From contig CAWDTA010000005.1 in NCBI GenBank assembly GCA_963805085.1, positions 128,001 through 192,000 of the forward strand: a stretch of DNA of 64,000 bases, in the 5' to 3' direction. Below, piece by piece: positions 63,803-64,000 of the stretch. The notes under the pieces are model-generated. The model made no database searches and had not been told where the DNA came from. It saw nothing but the letters and a program-made list of their open reading frames with translations. Position numbers and translations under genes: made by a program. The stretch comes from an uncultured Veillonellaceae bacterium (GTDB lineage: Bacteria > Bacillota > Negativicutes > JARBTT01). Each line of letters opens with the position of its first letter. The first letter of the stretch is position 1.

Positions 63803-64000
63803 TTTATGTTTGTAATAAATGAACTAAAACGAAAATCTGCAAGTCAGCAAGCGGCGAATCTCTTAAACCCCCTGCGGCCAAATAAAAAGCTTCCAAAGAG
63901 TTCTAATTGTTATTTTAAAACCTACTACTATATAGGTATAGACCGTGAAATTAAAAAAAATTGCGGAATGCTAATAAGAAGAGTATAATACTTACTATAT

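Noticed and set aside
63806-63988. 60-aa ORF at the window end
   Set aside because: No RBS or motif, and it runs into AT-rich promoter-like sequence.

Overview
AT-rich chromosomal segment of a diderm, probably spore-forming Firmicute (Negativicutes, Selenomonadales/Sporomusaceae-like). This is inferred from an SLH-anchored OmpM/Mep45-type porin occurring with Spo0F-like, Fin and SpoVT genes. Much of it is housekeeping (tcdA, glnS, putP, amtB-PII, speD, purL, argS-rpoE-pyrG, fin-mfd-spoVT-yabM-yabN-HU, phoP/pstB/phoU/phoR). I saw no rRNA, tRNA, CRISPR array, transposase or prophage. Points of interest: (1) a 12.7 kb starch/alpha-glucoside locus with its own OmpM-like porin, an exported amylopullulanase, a PTS EIICBA, GH13 and GH4 glucosidases, a HAD phosphatase and two RpiR regulators; (2) three GC-rich palindromic intergenic elements, two of them clearly one family and the third read through by a small ORF with a good RBS; (3) a candidate ~110-nt orphan sRNA with promoter and terminator; (4) tandem ANTAR-type attenuators before amtB, an Ala T-box, six sigma-H-like promoters and forespore-type promoters; (5) small deletion scars (MoaA lacking TTN, a MOSC remnant, a TRIC/UPF0126 remnant). 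All assignments come from recognising motifs by eye; no database searches were run.
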